A DNA stretch of 64,000 nt, taken from positions 248,001 through 312,000 of the forward strand of contig QPGO01000050.1 of assembly GCA_008632985.1 (NCBI GenBank), given 5' to 3'. The notes under the pieces are model-generated. The model did not search any database. It had not been told where the DNA came from and was given only the letters and a program-made list of their open reading frames with translations. How positions within the stretch are numbered: the stretch's first letter is position 1; each line of letters starts with the position of its first letter. This DNA comes from Psammoneis japonica (Eukaryota). Below are positions 12,961 to 26,134 of the stretch, piece after piece. Made by a program: the position numbers and the translations under genes.

Positions 12961-15479
12961 ATGACGACGGCAAGCAGCAAAAAGGGAGGGGCACCACTGT
13001 CTTGGAGACGAGAAGAAGAAGACAACAAAGCGCGACTGGCTTCGGAGAAACAGTATGGAATTAATCCTTCTCGATTTTACCACGATGAAAAAGAAAATAC
13101 CGCTTCGTCAGGTCGGCGACGGCAGCTTCATGATGTGTTGTCACACGCGCAATCAAGCGTTCTGGTTGAAAAGAAAAAACAAGTATCATCCATGCTTTCT
13201 CTCAAGCGTTCTGCCTTTAAAGAAGTTACGTCTTTGAGGAATTGGCCGCTTCAGGACTTGGCCATGAAAGACTTGGACAAACTCTTACTCTTACTCACTG
13301 ACGAAAAACCCAACAACGTTGCATCATCGTCTTTAGAAGTGTCTCCCACGGCCATGACACCTCCGTCCCAGCCCGCAGGAATCTGTTATAGCTCGTCTTC
13401 TTCTTTGAGTGGCTGTAGCGTTCTCGAGGAAGAGCCCAAACGAACAAAATCATACATGGGAAACGATAAAGAGAGCCTCTCTCCAAGAAAAAGTACCTTA
13501 CGAAACCAGTTTCGGCAAGAATTTTCTCAGGAACGGGATATTCCGTTTATTCCAAAGGAGAAGGATAAAGCTGTAACTGACAGATCTAGTGTAGATACTA
13601 AGGAAGAATTGTGCGCCAGTCACGTCGAAAAAGGAGCTAGCTCTCCTATTCCTGACGAAGACAACGAACGGGATCATCAAGGCGACGCAGAACAGTATGA
13701 TACAGCAGAAGCAAACGACAAGACGGACTCTAGCAAGTTTCTTCCAGCACTTTGGTGTATGGAACCACGCATCTTTGCCGTAGAAAACTCTTCGGGTGGC
13801 AGACGGAAATACATTGTTGGGCATCTGGGGAGATTCATGGATCGCTACTGGCGAAAGACTGACGCAAAACATCGACACTACTACGAATTGATTCGACAGG
13901 GAGATCCTTGTCGACTGTACTTTGATTTGGAATTCCAGAAAGAGGCGAATCCAGAAATATCTGAACAAATATCTGAAGAGTTGCTGGACGAATTTTTCCA
14001 GGAGGTTCGGTCGGAGTTTGAGAACGTCTTTGACATTGACAATGTTCTGCGATCATGCGTTGTGGACTTGGACTCTTCCACAGAGACAAAGTTCTCAAGA
14101 CACTGGATTGTACATTTACCCAACAGGGCACTCTTTGAGGATGCCTCGGCTGTGGGGCGTTTTGTCAAAAATCTTGTTGGACGGTTGGCTTCTGATGCAG
14201 CAACCAATGTGTTGGCTGAAACGAGGCCAACTCTGGCCAAGTACTTGTTTGTCAATGCTTCCCGGAAGCAAGTCAACAAGGACGATGATCACAACTCATC
14301 TGAGCAAGAGCAAAAGACTTGCTTTATCGATTTGGGTGTCTATACACGAAACCGACTCTTTCGGTTACTTGGTTCATCGAAATTTGGAAAGCCAGCATCC
14401 GCATCGCTGAGAGTAGCGTCTAGCAATCAATTTCCGTTCCCCGACGGTTTCGACAACACGTGCTTTTACGTCCCTGACATGGAGCGGAAATTAAAGAATA
14501 TTAAACTTGAGAATTGCGACGAGTTGGATAGGTCGGCAAAAGAAGATGCGGTAAGTTGTATAGAGCGATTCGCGGATTCGTATTGAAACAAAAAGTGAGG
14601 GGCGAAGGCTGAAACGTCTCACGTTTTACTCTTGGTGCTCTGATGAACCAGGATATGACCCAGTTTAAGTCATCTGTAGACTGGACCATGCATGCCGAAG
14701 CGCTTGCTCATACCCTGGTGGTCCCTATGAACTCTAAACGAATCGAATTCCCGATTTTGCAACAACTGGATACTGAAGCCGAACCGCTTCAACATGACTC
14801 GTCGCATCCCAGCAAATCAAAAACCAAAACTAGGAGCTTTGTGTCTTCGACTGGTGTCGAAAAGTCACCTTTTCCCTTGCTAGATGATTTCGTTCTTCAC
14901 GAACTTGGAACTCGTGGTGGTATCGAGGGCGCCATTCGGGTTTGGTCTCTGGATGCGAGCACCCACAACGATAGTGACAATGCTGACAGTCCCAAGTCCA
15001 TCACCTATCAAATGTGCCGTAATCGATGGTGTGAGCGGATAGCCCGTGCACACAAGAGCAATAATATTTTGTGGACGGTTGATCTACAGAGCAAATCGTG
15101 TGTCCAGTCTTGTCATGATCCGGAGTGCCGAATGATGCAGTTCCGGGGTGCGCCAGTGCCACTACCACCGGAGATCTGTGAGCATGTCCAAGACGTTTTG
15201 TTTGAGCAGCAGCTTGCAGCTCTGGACGAAGCAACTCTTCTAAACGAGAAGGTGGCAAGTGTCTCGGCGGATAAGAAGAAGCAGGAAGAGCTGGATGATG
15301 CAGCGTTTGAACAAGCGTTGCTCAATTTAGATATTTCAGACAAAGACGAATACAAAGCTTCAAGTGACAAGGATCCTTTACAAGTAGAGAGGAGCAGTCG
15401 CTGCAAAGACACAGACGACCTTTTGTCTGATACGACTTTAGTTGATGCAGTGCTGGCGAATCCAGAATTGTTTCCGTGA
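12961..15479 (+). CDS. PRIMPOL: DNA primase/polymerase PrimPol; join(12961..14550, 14652..15479)
   Basis: AEP motifs YYELIRQGDPCRLYFDLEF (DxE), KFSRH (SxH) and FIDLGVYTRNRLFR. UL52-like Zn finger CERIARAHKSN...QSCHDPEC. Phase-0 GTAAGT...CAG intron. Confidence 0.92.
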
Positions 15480-15528
15480 CGGATTCGCCAGTCTTGATAA
15501 GTCTTCCGCACAATCTTCAAATTATAGA

Positions 15529-16897
15529 CTAGCTGCGGCTTTGAAACACGTTGAGCTTTCCAAATATATTCGTCCCCAAGTCGCCGAGGGTTGCTTTGAC
15601 CTTTTCATTCTCCTTTAGGGCACGACGAAAGTCGAGTGTCTTGCGCATACAAATCTTGTTGCACTGTACACGACGCAAGACAAATCCGCTCGTATCAAAT
15701 CTTCGGCTTGCCGGATTGTCAAACACTGACTTGTACCCTCGTTTTTCATAGAAATTCAGTGCCTTGGGATTATCTGCTTCCACTTCCAGAATAATCTCAT
15801 TATATCTACGTGAACAGTTTTCGTCCCATTGGATCACAGCATTCTCACATGCATCTACAAGATTAGAACCGATACCACTCTTGCGAGCGCTCTTGACCAC
15901 GGATAAGTTTGTCAAGACTGGCCGGGTTGTGTCACGTCCGTTTTCCGAATCATACGGTTCCCCTAATCCAAACTGTCGCTCTGTAACCTCACAGAATCCG
16001 ATTACTTCTCCTCGTACGTACTCCACATCACGGTTCGTGTCGACATTGAAAGTCATGTCCTCATCCAAAATCAGAGGCTTAGATTTGGGAGCACAATCTG
16101 GTGGAACTGGTACAAGACGCCTAGCGATGAACATATCATTGCACTGCTTATTTTTGTTCTTACGAGCTGCCTACGGTATGAAATTTATAGGATAAAAAGA
16201 ACAAAACTGTCAGAGATAGAGATATCTTTCATCGAGAGAGATTGCGAAACCCACGACACACGCACCGAACCGACTCTATTTCGTTGACTTAAATCCTATA
16301 ACATTGTGTAGGACAGATCAGCATGTAAGATCGACACCTCAAGAGAAGTGGGAATTTTTCTCTCGCTGGTAGTAAGCGTGAAAAGCTGGAGCAAACGAAA
16401 CTATCCTTACCGCAAGCTGAGCGCTTCGCAAGTATGCTAATTGTAGTGCTTTCCAAGGACTATCGTGATTGAGCAAAACAAAAAATTGTTACGTGTGAGT
16501 GTCGTAAGCACGTCATTTCGCGTCCTATTGGGGGGGGGGGGGGGGNGTAGACTTACGGAATGCTTGCATTGGGTGGCAGATCATTGTTGAAGAACACGTT
16601 GATACACATCTCCGATATTTGTGAAAAGGTCTTGTCGATGACGAGTCCCTGTATTCTATCGATGACGTATGGGATTTCTTGCGCCTTTTCTTCCTGCTTC
16701 TGAACATTCAGTGCTGGAAACGTGGGTAACACCGCTGCTTTCTGAACCGAAATTATAGGCTCGACAACTCGTCTCGTATTTGCAATGGCACTACAATGAT
16801 GAGAAACAAGGAAACAAACTGCGACCGACAAGTACACGAGAAACGTCGCGATTCGGAGCAAACTTTTTGTCTTTAAAAAAGGCGACGCCATAGGCAT
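15529..16897 (-). CDS. GNAT-family N-acetyltransferase, multi-exon, with a gap inside an intron
   Basis: The last exon has LTNLSVVKSARKSGIGSNLV (motif A) and LEVEADNPKALNFYEKRGY. The first exon has a hydrophobic N-terminus and ends at a GTAAGT donor near 16556. Confidence 0.8.
16529..16546. other. Poly-G run plus N: probable assembly gap or artefact
   Basis: Homopolymer G directly followed by an n. Confidence 0.7.
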
Positions 16898-17356
16898 ACT
16901 TCGAGATTGTCGTTACCAAAGAAGAGCGTGAAGAATGTTCTTTTGTTGCCGCTGTTGCACCATGGTGGAAAGTGGCAAGAATAATTGAAGCTGGAGTTTA
17001 TTGTTACCTACAGCATTGAACATTCCTAACACTCTACTGACGTCATAGGTGAGCCACGTCACTCTATGTGGTTTAGGCGACCATGCATCGATTATCGAAA
17101 GAGTAAATTTGCGAAATAGTGAATCATCTCTACTAGAGCTACTGTATGGAGCTAGAAACCGAGGTGGGTAGTTAAACTTTCTTACTTAAGAATAGAAACA
17201 AGATATCCTAACCAGTGTCACAAAACAAAAGGCGCAGATCATACGGTGGAAGTGGCATCATTGACGTGAACGGATCGACGGAGGGACACGGAAGTTGCCG
17301 CCAAAGCGCGTGACAAAACGATTGAAGTCTCGAATCCACAGCCTTGCCCAAATTTC

Positions 17357-17578
17357 GTTCCTCTTTGGCGATTGGCTATGGACGAAGTTTCTAACTTAAT
17401 TCCTCGTTATAGATGATCTTGCGGAAGACCTCAAAGTAAAGCCCGCTTCTTTAAAATGGACGGACATGGACTTTTGTTCATCTTTGGCGATTGGTTGTGG
17501 ACGAAGTTTCCAACCTACTTCCTCATTGTAGATAATCTTGTGGGAGATCTCGAGGTAAAGCCCGCCTCTTTTATGGAC
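17357..17578. repeat. Diverged ~120-bp tandem duplication at the 3' end of the SNARE gene
   Basis: ctttggcgattgg..tggacgaagttt...gtaaagcccgc..ctttt..atggac occurs twice (~17357-17461 and ~17476-17578). Confidence 0.75.
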
Positions 17579-18071
17579 GCCACCACGGTTTGGACATGGA
17601 CTTCAAGATTTCTCCAGCCCGATCCGTCATGGAATTCATTTCCTTTGCTTTCCCGCGTGTCGATTCAATGGATGATCGATTGTTCTCAAGTTCGAGCATT
17701 GTTCCACATGCCACCTCTTCAGTTTCCTCTAGGGTTTGTAACGCACGGTACAAGCACTGGTTTTGGCGATCCAACATTTGTTGTGTCGCACTCGTCGGTT
17801 GTTTCCCGTGCGAAATCAAACTGCTTCTCTCTTTGTCGAGTCTCAGCGCTTGCAGTTGACTTTTGCAGGCTCGGACTCGGTCCAGTTGTTCTTGCTTAAT
17901 TTCTGAGTCCACTTCAGTTCGAGCTTCCATTGCCATTTGCTGCAGGAGATTCTCGCACTGGCGCAAAACTCCGTCGTCAGGCAGACTTTGTTGGCAACTT
18001 TGTGCCTTTATCAACGTCGAGAACTCGCAAGCGTAACCATCAAACAAGCTCACGTCTTCAGACGAATCCAT
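17571..18071 (-). CDS. Vti1-like Qb-SNARE (Habc + SNARE motif), no C-terminal TM helix in the ORF
   Basis: Habc-like region CENLLQQMAMEAR and SNARE motif ALQTLEETEEVACGTMLELENNRSSIESTRGK...AGEILKSM. Confidence 0.7.
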   Translation of the reverse strand: MDSSEDVSLFDGYACEFSTLIKAQSCQQSLPDDGVLRQCENLLQQMAMEARTEVDSEIKQEQLDRVRACKSQLQALRLDKERSSLISHGKQPTSATQQMLDRQNQCLYRALQTLEETEEVACGTMLELENNRSSIESTRGKAKEMNSMTDRAGEILKSMSKPWWRP

Positions 18072-18441
18072 GATGACACGATCAAATATTCACTGGAGCC
18101 ATGGAGAGACGCAGAAAAAGTGGCCGTCGCTGCTGTTATATGTTGGTGTTGCTTCTGTTGTTCTTGTCATGTTGGCGCACGCAACATTTATTTGCATGTT
18201 CGCGGTTGCGAAGCGCATCGTTTTGGCGGGAGAAGGACTAAAATCAGAAATCCGGGTTGCTTCGAGCTTTTGCGCCACTTCAGAGTTCAGAGATTTCAGA
18301 TTGAAGATTTTCCAGATTGGCAGATGCGTAAAACGTGAACCATGGCACCGTCCTTTTTGCGCCTTGCTTTTCGACGCCCTGGACATCTACGGTACCGCGC
18401 TGCTAATCGATCCATAACCTTCTTTGTTAACCAGAGTTAAA

Positions 18442-21400
18442 ATGGCGATGCCAAGCGAGGTGACTCCTCTTTTGACTACTGATCGAGCAAAAGATGAGGA
18501 CGAGGCAAATAGCGACAGACCCATTCATGTTTTAACGGAGATTATGGGCGCTCATGGGTTTGAGCTAGATACTAGTTTCGCGATGCAGAAGATCCGCCCT
18601 TGGTGTGTAGTACGCTTTGGGTCCCGCCAAGTGCTGCATCGCACCAAGCAGGCTGCGGCATCATCCCAATCAAAATCGCCAATCTGGACAGTTGGGACAA
18701 ATTCTCTCTGCACTCTCTGTATCGCGAACGAAAGATCCACAGTTCGAAAGAAGTTGGAAATAACTCTGTGGACCAAAGTCCGCAGAGGTCATTCTCTTTC
18801 TCCACGTAAGAAAACGTCCGTCATCTTTTTGGGTAAAGTACAGCTCGACATCTTCCAGATTCTTGATAACTGCAACGAAGAACGGGTTGAATTCAAATTG
18901 TTAGATGACGTGGGACGAGAGATGGGAAACGGATCCACGTTAGCACTGCGATTTCGGATAGCGTCACCAGAAGATGTTCAGTTTGTTTGCGATTGGAACG
19001 CAAGGCATGGCATAGTAAACGAAGATTCTCCGCTGAAGAAGGATCAAAAGAGCTTTGACTTCCCCGACGCTGAAGAAGAACAACCGAAAGCGACCTCGAA
19101 CCGTCCCTTGCCAACTCTAGTAACAGAGCTAGATGAAGCGGAGGTGGAAGGTGCGCGACTCCTTTCCAATATGACGAGTCTTTCGTTACCTAGCTCCGCT
19201 CCTCGAGGCAGCTTTTTGGTGAAGCCTGGACCTGATCCAGCAAGACCCAAATCCACCGCATACATGACGCATTCGGGGCTGACAAAGGAGACGGAACGAC
19301 CTTCGCAAATTTGGGCTGAAGTTGGAAGTGGCACTGTGGGTCGTTTATACATGGAAATTTTGTCTTGTCACTCGCTACCAAACACAGACTATGGATCAGC
19401 TGCCGTGGGCAATGTAACCGATGCTTTTTGCTGCGCTGTGTACGAAGACGGAATAGTTCAAACCCCAGTGATTTCAGATGAGCTTAGTCCGCATTGGATG
19501 CCGTGGACACAGCGGGCTGCAGTGTTTCACATGACAAGACCATCATCTAGTGTTCTGTACTTGGCAGTCTTTGGGTACAAGCGACTAGTGTTTCAGCACC
19601 AGCCAATCGGGAGAGTGGAAGTCAACACTGGAAATCTTCAACGAGACACAACCTACGACCTTACCTACAATCTATCCCCGTCCTCGCATGTGACAGATCG
19701 AAAGGTAGGTGCAGAGTATGGTGGTTAAGTAATTCACAATGACTCAGGGAGTCTCTAACGATTTCGCTTTCCACAAAAATCTCAACCGAAAGATCCAGGG
19801 CAGTATTCGAATAAGATTACGAATGGAATATGATAATCAGCGAGCAGCGCTCTTTGCCGTGTTGAAGCCCCCGCCAGCTGTTTATATCAACGTCAAGAAA
19901 CCTAAAAGCTTCAGTAAGTATAACTTCTGTATTCCGCACCTGAGATTTGACCTTTGCCTCGCTCCTCCCGACAATGTTACTCCGAACTGAACAGATTCCA
20001 TTATGTTACATTGTCGCCAACGCAGGAGTGGCGAAATACACGTGTATGGGCGAGGTAAGGTGGCTGGAAGCACTTTTTGCTCATCTTGATCTTGATTGTT
20101 CGTGCGTCGTTAACTGACGTTGTTGGTCGCATCCTCGACAGTATGACGGGAAGAGAAAATTTAGCTGGAACGTGTTGCTTGCATACAAGGACGAGGTGGA
20201 CGAATACGTTCGTCGCATCCTCTTCGGAACTGTTGACGGTAAGTAGGCGGTAGTGTCTTTGTGTTTGTGGGTAGTCGTTTTTGGTCTTTGCTCCCTCACT
20301 GCGTTCCATTCAACTCTTCCATGTAAGCCTTCAACTCCCTCATATTCTGGAAGGGCCAGGTTCGAATATACTCCACATGGCTGCCTCTCCATTCACTTGT
20401 ATTTTTCTGCCTGGGAGTGCTACTCATCGAACGGCCTGCCATGCTTCCTGCAGTATTGATGCTGATCGGAGCATGGTTCATGTTGGCGTGCATGTCCTTT
20501 CGTTTGCACAAGCCGTCCCCTTGGTCCCGGTGCCTTTCCTTCTTGCATTACACGCGTATACTGATTTTCGGAAAGTCTTCGTTGCTGCAACAGAGAGTCG
20601 ACCCAAGTGAGGGATATGAAGAAACGCAACGTCAAGAGAAAGCATGGAAGGAACGAGTCGAGACAGCTCAAGAGGAGTTGAAGCAAAGAGAAGAAACGGA
20701 GAGAATGGTGGACGAGATTGAAGATGGTGATACTCAAACGAACACTTTTATTATTCCAAAGGAGCTTCTGACTACTCTAGGGAAGCTGCAAGGGATGATT
20801 GGGGGTGAGTTTCATGTTGTTTTTAATCCGAGATTTGTTGCTTCGAACCTGTTGTCTCTTTCGGCCAGTCTAACCGGCTATACCGTGTCTATCTGCGTTG
20901 GATATAGATTTCTTGCGCCTCTGTCGACTTGTGGATGCTGTCTTGACATGGGAAGAGAGTGCAATGTCATTTTGGATAACGTCCGTGTTTCTCGTGTCTG
21001 GGGTTTTGTTCTTATTTGTCCCCTGGGCTTTTGTGTTGAAATGGACTGCTCGTATCTTGTTTTGGGGACTCTGCGGGCCGCACATGAAGCTTGTAGACAT
21101 TTTCTGGAGAACACGTAATGACAGGGACGAGCGCTACAGACACGTGAGCTCGCTGCTACAACAGGAAGTACACAAAGCACGGGTTCGGCGGGAAGAAGCT
21201 GTCAAACTGAAGGCGTTTCGCTCGTACCTCTTTGGAAGATTCCTCACGCAAGTACCTGCCTTGATATGGACAAGATTCACCGATCGCCCGAGACCAAACT
21301 CAAAGGCACGCCTAGATTTCGATTGGAAGAAACCGGTTTTCAATGAATCGTCCCCATTTCATGCGGGGCAGCAGCTGTATGGCGTAATGATTCCACGCTT

Positions 21401-22433
21401 GCGCGAGGATTGGGAAAGGAATCGTGCTATAACCGAAAACGAGAAAAGTCGTTTAAACGCTTTCTTGCTGAAGCGCGCCGAGACCGAGCCCAAGCCGGTT
21501 ACGCCAGCCGCAAGTTTAGAAAGTCCCGAAGGTGATGTCCGTGATCAGGGCATAGAGGTGATCCATACCTTTGACGAAGAAGCTGGATTTGTAGGGCAAG
21601 TGTTGGGGAATAAACCAGGCACTGGACCCCTTAAAGACAGCTTTGTTGAGCCAGGCGTCGAAATATCGGACATCCTCGCCGAGCAAGTTTGGAGCAAGCA
21701 ACTAGATGACGTTGACAATGACGACAACGAAGAGGATGGGGTTAGCGAAGCCGTGTCTAGAGATCAGTCGGAGTTTCCTAGTGGCGAGGATCCACGCAAC
21801 GAAGCGGGCATCAGCAAAGCTCCAGATCCGGTTATTGGTGCTTCCGTCAACTTGACTGTCGAAACTGGATGGGACGACTCACCGAACTCTCGCATTATTG
21901 AAAACGCAATTATCAACGAGACTACAAGCGAGAGCCTTGTCGAAACTGACATTAGCGCAAGTAAAGGAACGGATCACGTCGAACCGGACGTGGAGGTCAC
22001 AAGCGATGCGGTGTTGGTTGAAATTGAAGACGGGAGATTCTCACCAATCGCTCCAAACGTGGGCGATGCGCCTGGGAAAGGTAGTGGGACAGCGACGGCT
22101 TCGGTGTCTAATCTACAGGAAGGTTGGGAGGAAGAAGGCAAAGGCGGGAGAACCTCACCAACCACTCAAACCGTGGGCGATGCGGTTGGCAAAGATAGTG
22201 GGACAGCCACGGCTTCGGTACCTTATCCACAGAAAGGTTGGGAGGAAGAAGGCAAAGACAGAAGAACCTCACCAACCAATGAAAACGCGGGCACTGAGGT
22301 TGGTAAAGATAGTGGTATAGCGACGGCTTTTGTGTCTTATCCACAGGAAGGGAAGGAGGAAGAAGGCAATGGCAACAACGACGACGAAGAGCAAGGGATA
22401 GAAGTCTCTTATGACTTTCCTGATATACTGTAA
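18442..22433 (+). CDS. C2-domain-containing membrane protein (MCTP-like), multi-exon, acidic repetitive tail
   Basis: Two C2-like regions (PWCVVRFG..HRTK..PIW; GRLYMEILSCHSLPN..DAFCCAVYED..DELSPHWMPW), hydrophobic TM segments and several GT-AG introns. Confidence 0.75.
22040..22370 (+). repeat. In-frame ~120-bp (40-aa) repeat, about 3 copies, in the C2-protein tail
   Basis: VG(D/T)xxGK(G/D)SG(T/I)ATAxVxxxQxGxEEEG repeated three times. Confidence 0.8.
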
Positions 22434-22940
22434 ATCTAAGTGGTATGGGACGGGGAATATGCGCGCTTTCCAAAATCTTGGTCGACTGTTTGAAAGTTGT
22501 TACTATTGCTCCTCGCGTTCCAGTTCGGATTTCTTGAACGTGTTCGCCTGTTGATCTCATGTGACGCACCTCCGTTTCATTTCAAGCGATCAAAAGACTA
22601 GACTGCTCGCTCTAGAGTATTTTTGAAGATGTAGAGAGCTTCTCAGGATGATGGTTGTGGCTTCGGCTCATGCCATGAGGCTTTCTGATTGTCTACTGTC
22701 GACTACTTTCTACAGTGCAATGTCGGAGGGAGTTTTGCAGGTTTCGAAAAAGGTGTCTTTTTTGTTCGCATGTCTTGTTGCATGTCTGTCATTGCCCCAA
22801 ACCTTCGGGACGCTTCGTTCGCGACAACAACGAAAAAGCGACACAACGGTAACTGAGAAAAACTTCAACACGCTGTTGATTGTCACATCTCCTCATTAGA
22901 GACGCATTCGGTCTTGTATTCATCTCGTTAATAAATTAGA

Positions 22941-23593
22941 ATGGAAGCAGCAATGCCAGGAGGCCAGGCAGCGGCCGCACCGCCGCCAAAAGATTTCGGC
23001 AAGATGGTGGACCTGACAAAGTCTCACTTGGATAGCCCATCGTGTTATGCCCGGAATGAATCGTCTTCGTTTCCAATGACAAATCTCTTTATCGGGGACT
23101 CTCGATTGGGATGTAAAAGTGACACGGATGAGCAGATCATACTGCACATTGCCTTTACGGAGTTTGTGAAGGTATGTGTGATTTATGGTTTCTCGACGGT
23201 AGTTTTCTGTGTTTTTGTTTCCCGCGCTAGTCTCATCTCGTTTCGTATCCATACACTCCGCAGGTACATTCTATCAAATTCACGGAATTCAATAATGGCT
23301 CCGACCCTGAAGCGAATCCGACTGTCGTCAAGATTTACGCTAATCGTGAGAACATGGGCTTTGAAGACTGCGAGGACGTTGATCCGACCCAAACACTGGA
23401 GCTTGAAGCTGAGGATTTGAAAGAAGACTCTCCTCCACAATTGCTCAAATTTGTTCGCTTTCAGCGTGTCACGTCTATTACCATCTTTATCGAAGATAAC
23501 GCCGGTGCTGAAGTAACTGCTCTCGGCGGCCTGCAAATCAATGGACGTCCCGTTCAAACGACAAACATGTCGGAGTTCAAGAAACAGGGATGA
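22941..23593 (+). CDS. PITH-domain protein; join(22941..23171, 23264..23593)
   Basis: KSDTDEQIILHIAFTEFVK|VHSIKF...LKFVRFQRVTSITIFIEDN. GTATGT...CAG intron. Confidence 0.9.
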
Positions 23594-24160
23594 GGGCGCT
23601 AGAGGCAAACGATACGTATTGATTGCCTCGAGACCAGATTGCATTAGATGTATGAGGTTGCTTTTTGAATATGGTGCGTCCGGAATGACGCTCTTGCTCT
23701 TGTGTTACCATAGGGGGTAGACAGAGAAAGAGCTGACGAGAGATGCAACTGACCGTAACGAAAAGTAGCGCCATCACTGTTATGTTGTGTGATTGTTTGT
23801 ATCCATAGTTTTCTATGAAGCTTACCCTCTCGTCTAGCTATGCTTGGGGTCCTCACTTTTCTTCGCCTACCATACCGGTAAGGGCATTCGCCGTGTGGAT
23901 CAAAAAGAGATTGCAACCCGATTTTCCATCAACAAGAGCCACGCCGACTTACAATCTATTCCTTTTCCCCAATGCAGAAAAAAGTTTTAGTTTCCCCCCT
24001 TTTTTTTAGAATAACGCGGCGACCAGTCGATCAATGGATTCTCCGCGGAACTCTTCACGATCCGGAATCGCTGCATTTGAATGGTAAGATTCTTTCATGA
24101 CGAGAATGGTGGGTCGACATTGTTAGTATGGATACTTACTTTCGTTTATAAATATTGCGT

Positions 24161-24410
24161 TTCTCCTTTGTTAACTTCTTGTGCTGGAATAGGTCTGTTG
24201 CTAGCTACTCTCTATTCTAGTAGCAACTTCTATTCTTTGCTACTGAGAGTAGGAACGCTCTCTCAGAGGTAGAGTTCAGAGGACTACCTGGCTAGAGGGC
24301 TAAGGCTACGACAGAGAGAGAGAGTTAGTTCTCCTTTGTTAACTTCTTGTGCTGGAATAGGTCTGTTGCTAGCTACTCTCTACTCTAGTAGTAACTTCTA
24401 TTCTTTGCTC
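24161..24410. repeat. ~80-bp direct repeat pair in TAG/CTA-rich intergenic DNA
   Basis: ttctcctttgttaacttcttgtgctggaataggtctgttgctagctactctc... at 24161 and 24329. Confidence 0.85.
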
Positions 24411-24865
24411 TACTAGCTAGCTATCATACTCTCTACTACTAGTAGTAGAGAGTAGAGGTAATAGGTCCTACAGTCTGTTCGCCATCCCATCGCATCCGGA
24501 CACGTCGATACTGTAGTTTTCGCCAGAAGCAAGCGAGGGTTCTGGGTTCTGGTCGGACACCCCACGCACATGCCCGCGCGACCACCAGACTGACAACTCG
24601 GAGAGTTGCGTCAAAGGGCAATTGGGCCATGAAATGTCTTTTGTACGTTCATGTGGTACAAAATCCCTAGTCTTGAATGTTAAATAATCCAATTAAGGGA
24701 GCGACGAATTTAGTAGGGAAAAAGACATTTCCAAAAAATGCGTGGCAGTGAAGCTCCCGATTATTCAGAGCGCGCGAAGAAAATCTCGACGACTTTTTTC
24801 GTCGTTCGTCGCTCACAACCCGCAAAACAGCAGGCATTTTCATCTTTCAACACTTCACCAACACC

Positions 24866-26134
24866 ATGAAGGCTTTCGCCATTGAACGTCGTCCGCAGTA
24901 CAGCGTGACGCTTCCAGATACGATCTGTATCGACGACAGCAACCAAGACGTTGCTACCAGTCAGGTGACCCGTCGTGTCGCTGTCCCTCCAAGTATCGTC
25001 GATCCCGTCTTTGAAGAGTCGAAGACTGACACCAAGCCGTCGTTGGTGACAAACAATGGGGACAAGCACGTCGTGTCGGTCCTTGTTGACGATAAGCCCG
25101 TTGAGAACTCCTCCAAGAAGGCCGCTCCGGGCATCGTCATCAGCAACGACGACACCACCGCGTTGGTTTCGAACAACAGCAAGACGTTTAGGTGGAAGCT
25201 TGCCCACGACAAGGTCCCTACGCTTCCGGACTTTTATCCCCTCGAGAGCACCGCCGTTTGTGTGCAGCACACTACGGCGGATCAGGTGGCGGAACGCGTC
25301 TCCAAGGTATTGTGGGAACGGTCCATCGAAGCAACCTATGATAGCGATTCGGCGAAAGTGACGTGCATGACGTCAGATGACGTTGACTTTAGGGTCCGTC
25401 TCTACCGTGATGCTCAGCTATTTGATGACAATGGCGTTATCGTCGAAGTCCAGCGTCGTTTCGGATCTTCCTTGAGCTTCCATACGGATACTATGGCCAT
25501 TCTCGACGCAGCCAAGGGTACGTCTTCGAACGAGACTAGCGTGGACAACTCCAAGATTCCGTTCATTGAGGATTCTCAAGACACGTGGGACCCGACCAAG
25601 TCCAAGTCTCTAAATCTCATTTCTGAGATGTTCAAGGAGCAGCGGCTCGACACGCAGCTTCTGGCCCTTCAGATGCTCGCGTCTCTCACGGACTCTACCC
25701 AGATGGGCACTAACACCGCCCTTGCTCTTTCCGAGGCCATGTTGGAGCCAGGAAACGACGTCGGTACCAAGGTGTTGTCCATGGCTGTGGATGAACAAGC
25801 CGTCGTGTCCGTCGAGATGCGCAAGAAAGCCATGCTCGTCCTTTCCAACGTCTTGGCCGTTGTTGCCGAGAAAAAGGAAACTCGTACTATCCCTGACCAC
25901 GTCTGGTCCTACCTTAGTCCCGCTCTCTTGTTGGATTTGGTTGATGCTGCATCTAATCCTCGCATGGCGGAGTTGGCTGCCAAGTGTCTCGAGTCGCTCC
26001 TTGTAGAAGGCCGCTCTGATTTGCTTGCGGACGAGTTTCGCTTTGCGCTCGAGCAAGCTATCCAGGTTGGTCTCGTCAAGCATTCCGGACTTGCTCGTCA
26101 GGCGGACAAGTGCTTCCAGCTTGTGACGAATTAG
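24866..26134 (+). CDS. Hypothetical protein with a KA1-like alpha/beta domain and helical (ARM-like) C-terminus
   Basis: 422-aa single-exon ORF with strong codon bias. VDFRVRLYRD...VIVEVQRRFGSSLSF resembles a KA1 fold. Confidence 0.7.
   Translation: MKAFAIERRPQYSVTLPDTICIDDSNQDVATSQVTRRVAVPPSIVDPVFEESKTDTKPSLVTNNGDKHVVSVLVDDKPVENSSKKAAPGIVISNDDTTALVSNNSKTFRWKLAHDKVPTLPDFYPLESTAVCVQHTTADQVAERVSKVLWERSIEATYDSDSAKVTCMTSDDVDFRVRLYRDAQLFDDNGVIVEVQRRFGSSLSFHTDTMAILDAAKGTSSNETSVDNSKIPFIEDSQDTWDPTKSKSLNLISEMFKEQRLDTQLLALQMLASLTDSTQMGTNTALALSEAMLEPGNDVGTKVLSMAVDEQAVVSVEMRKKAMLVLSNVLAVVAEKKETRTIPDHVWSYLSPALLLDLVDAASNPRMAELAAKCLESLLVEGRSDLLADEFRFALEQAIQVGLVKHSGLARQADKCFQLVTN

Noticed and set aside
12961..15479. 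PrimPol as the cause of the hypermutation
   Set aside because: It is an ordinary housekeeping gene separated from the repeats by an assembly gap. Proximity carries no functional weight in a eukaryote.
17038..17045. TGACGTCA bZIP/aureochrome-type site upstream of the GNAT gene
   Set aside because: A single 8-mer is expected by chance in a window this size, and there is no supporting evidence.
24761..26083. Antisense ORFs overlapping the 24866-26134 gene and other genes
   Set aside because: These are shadow ORFs caused by codon bias on the coding strand, with no domain evidence.
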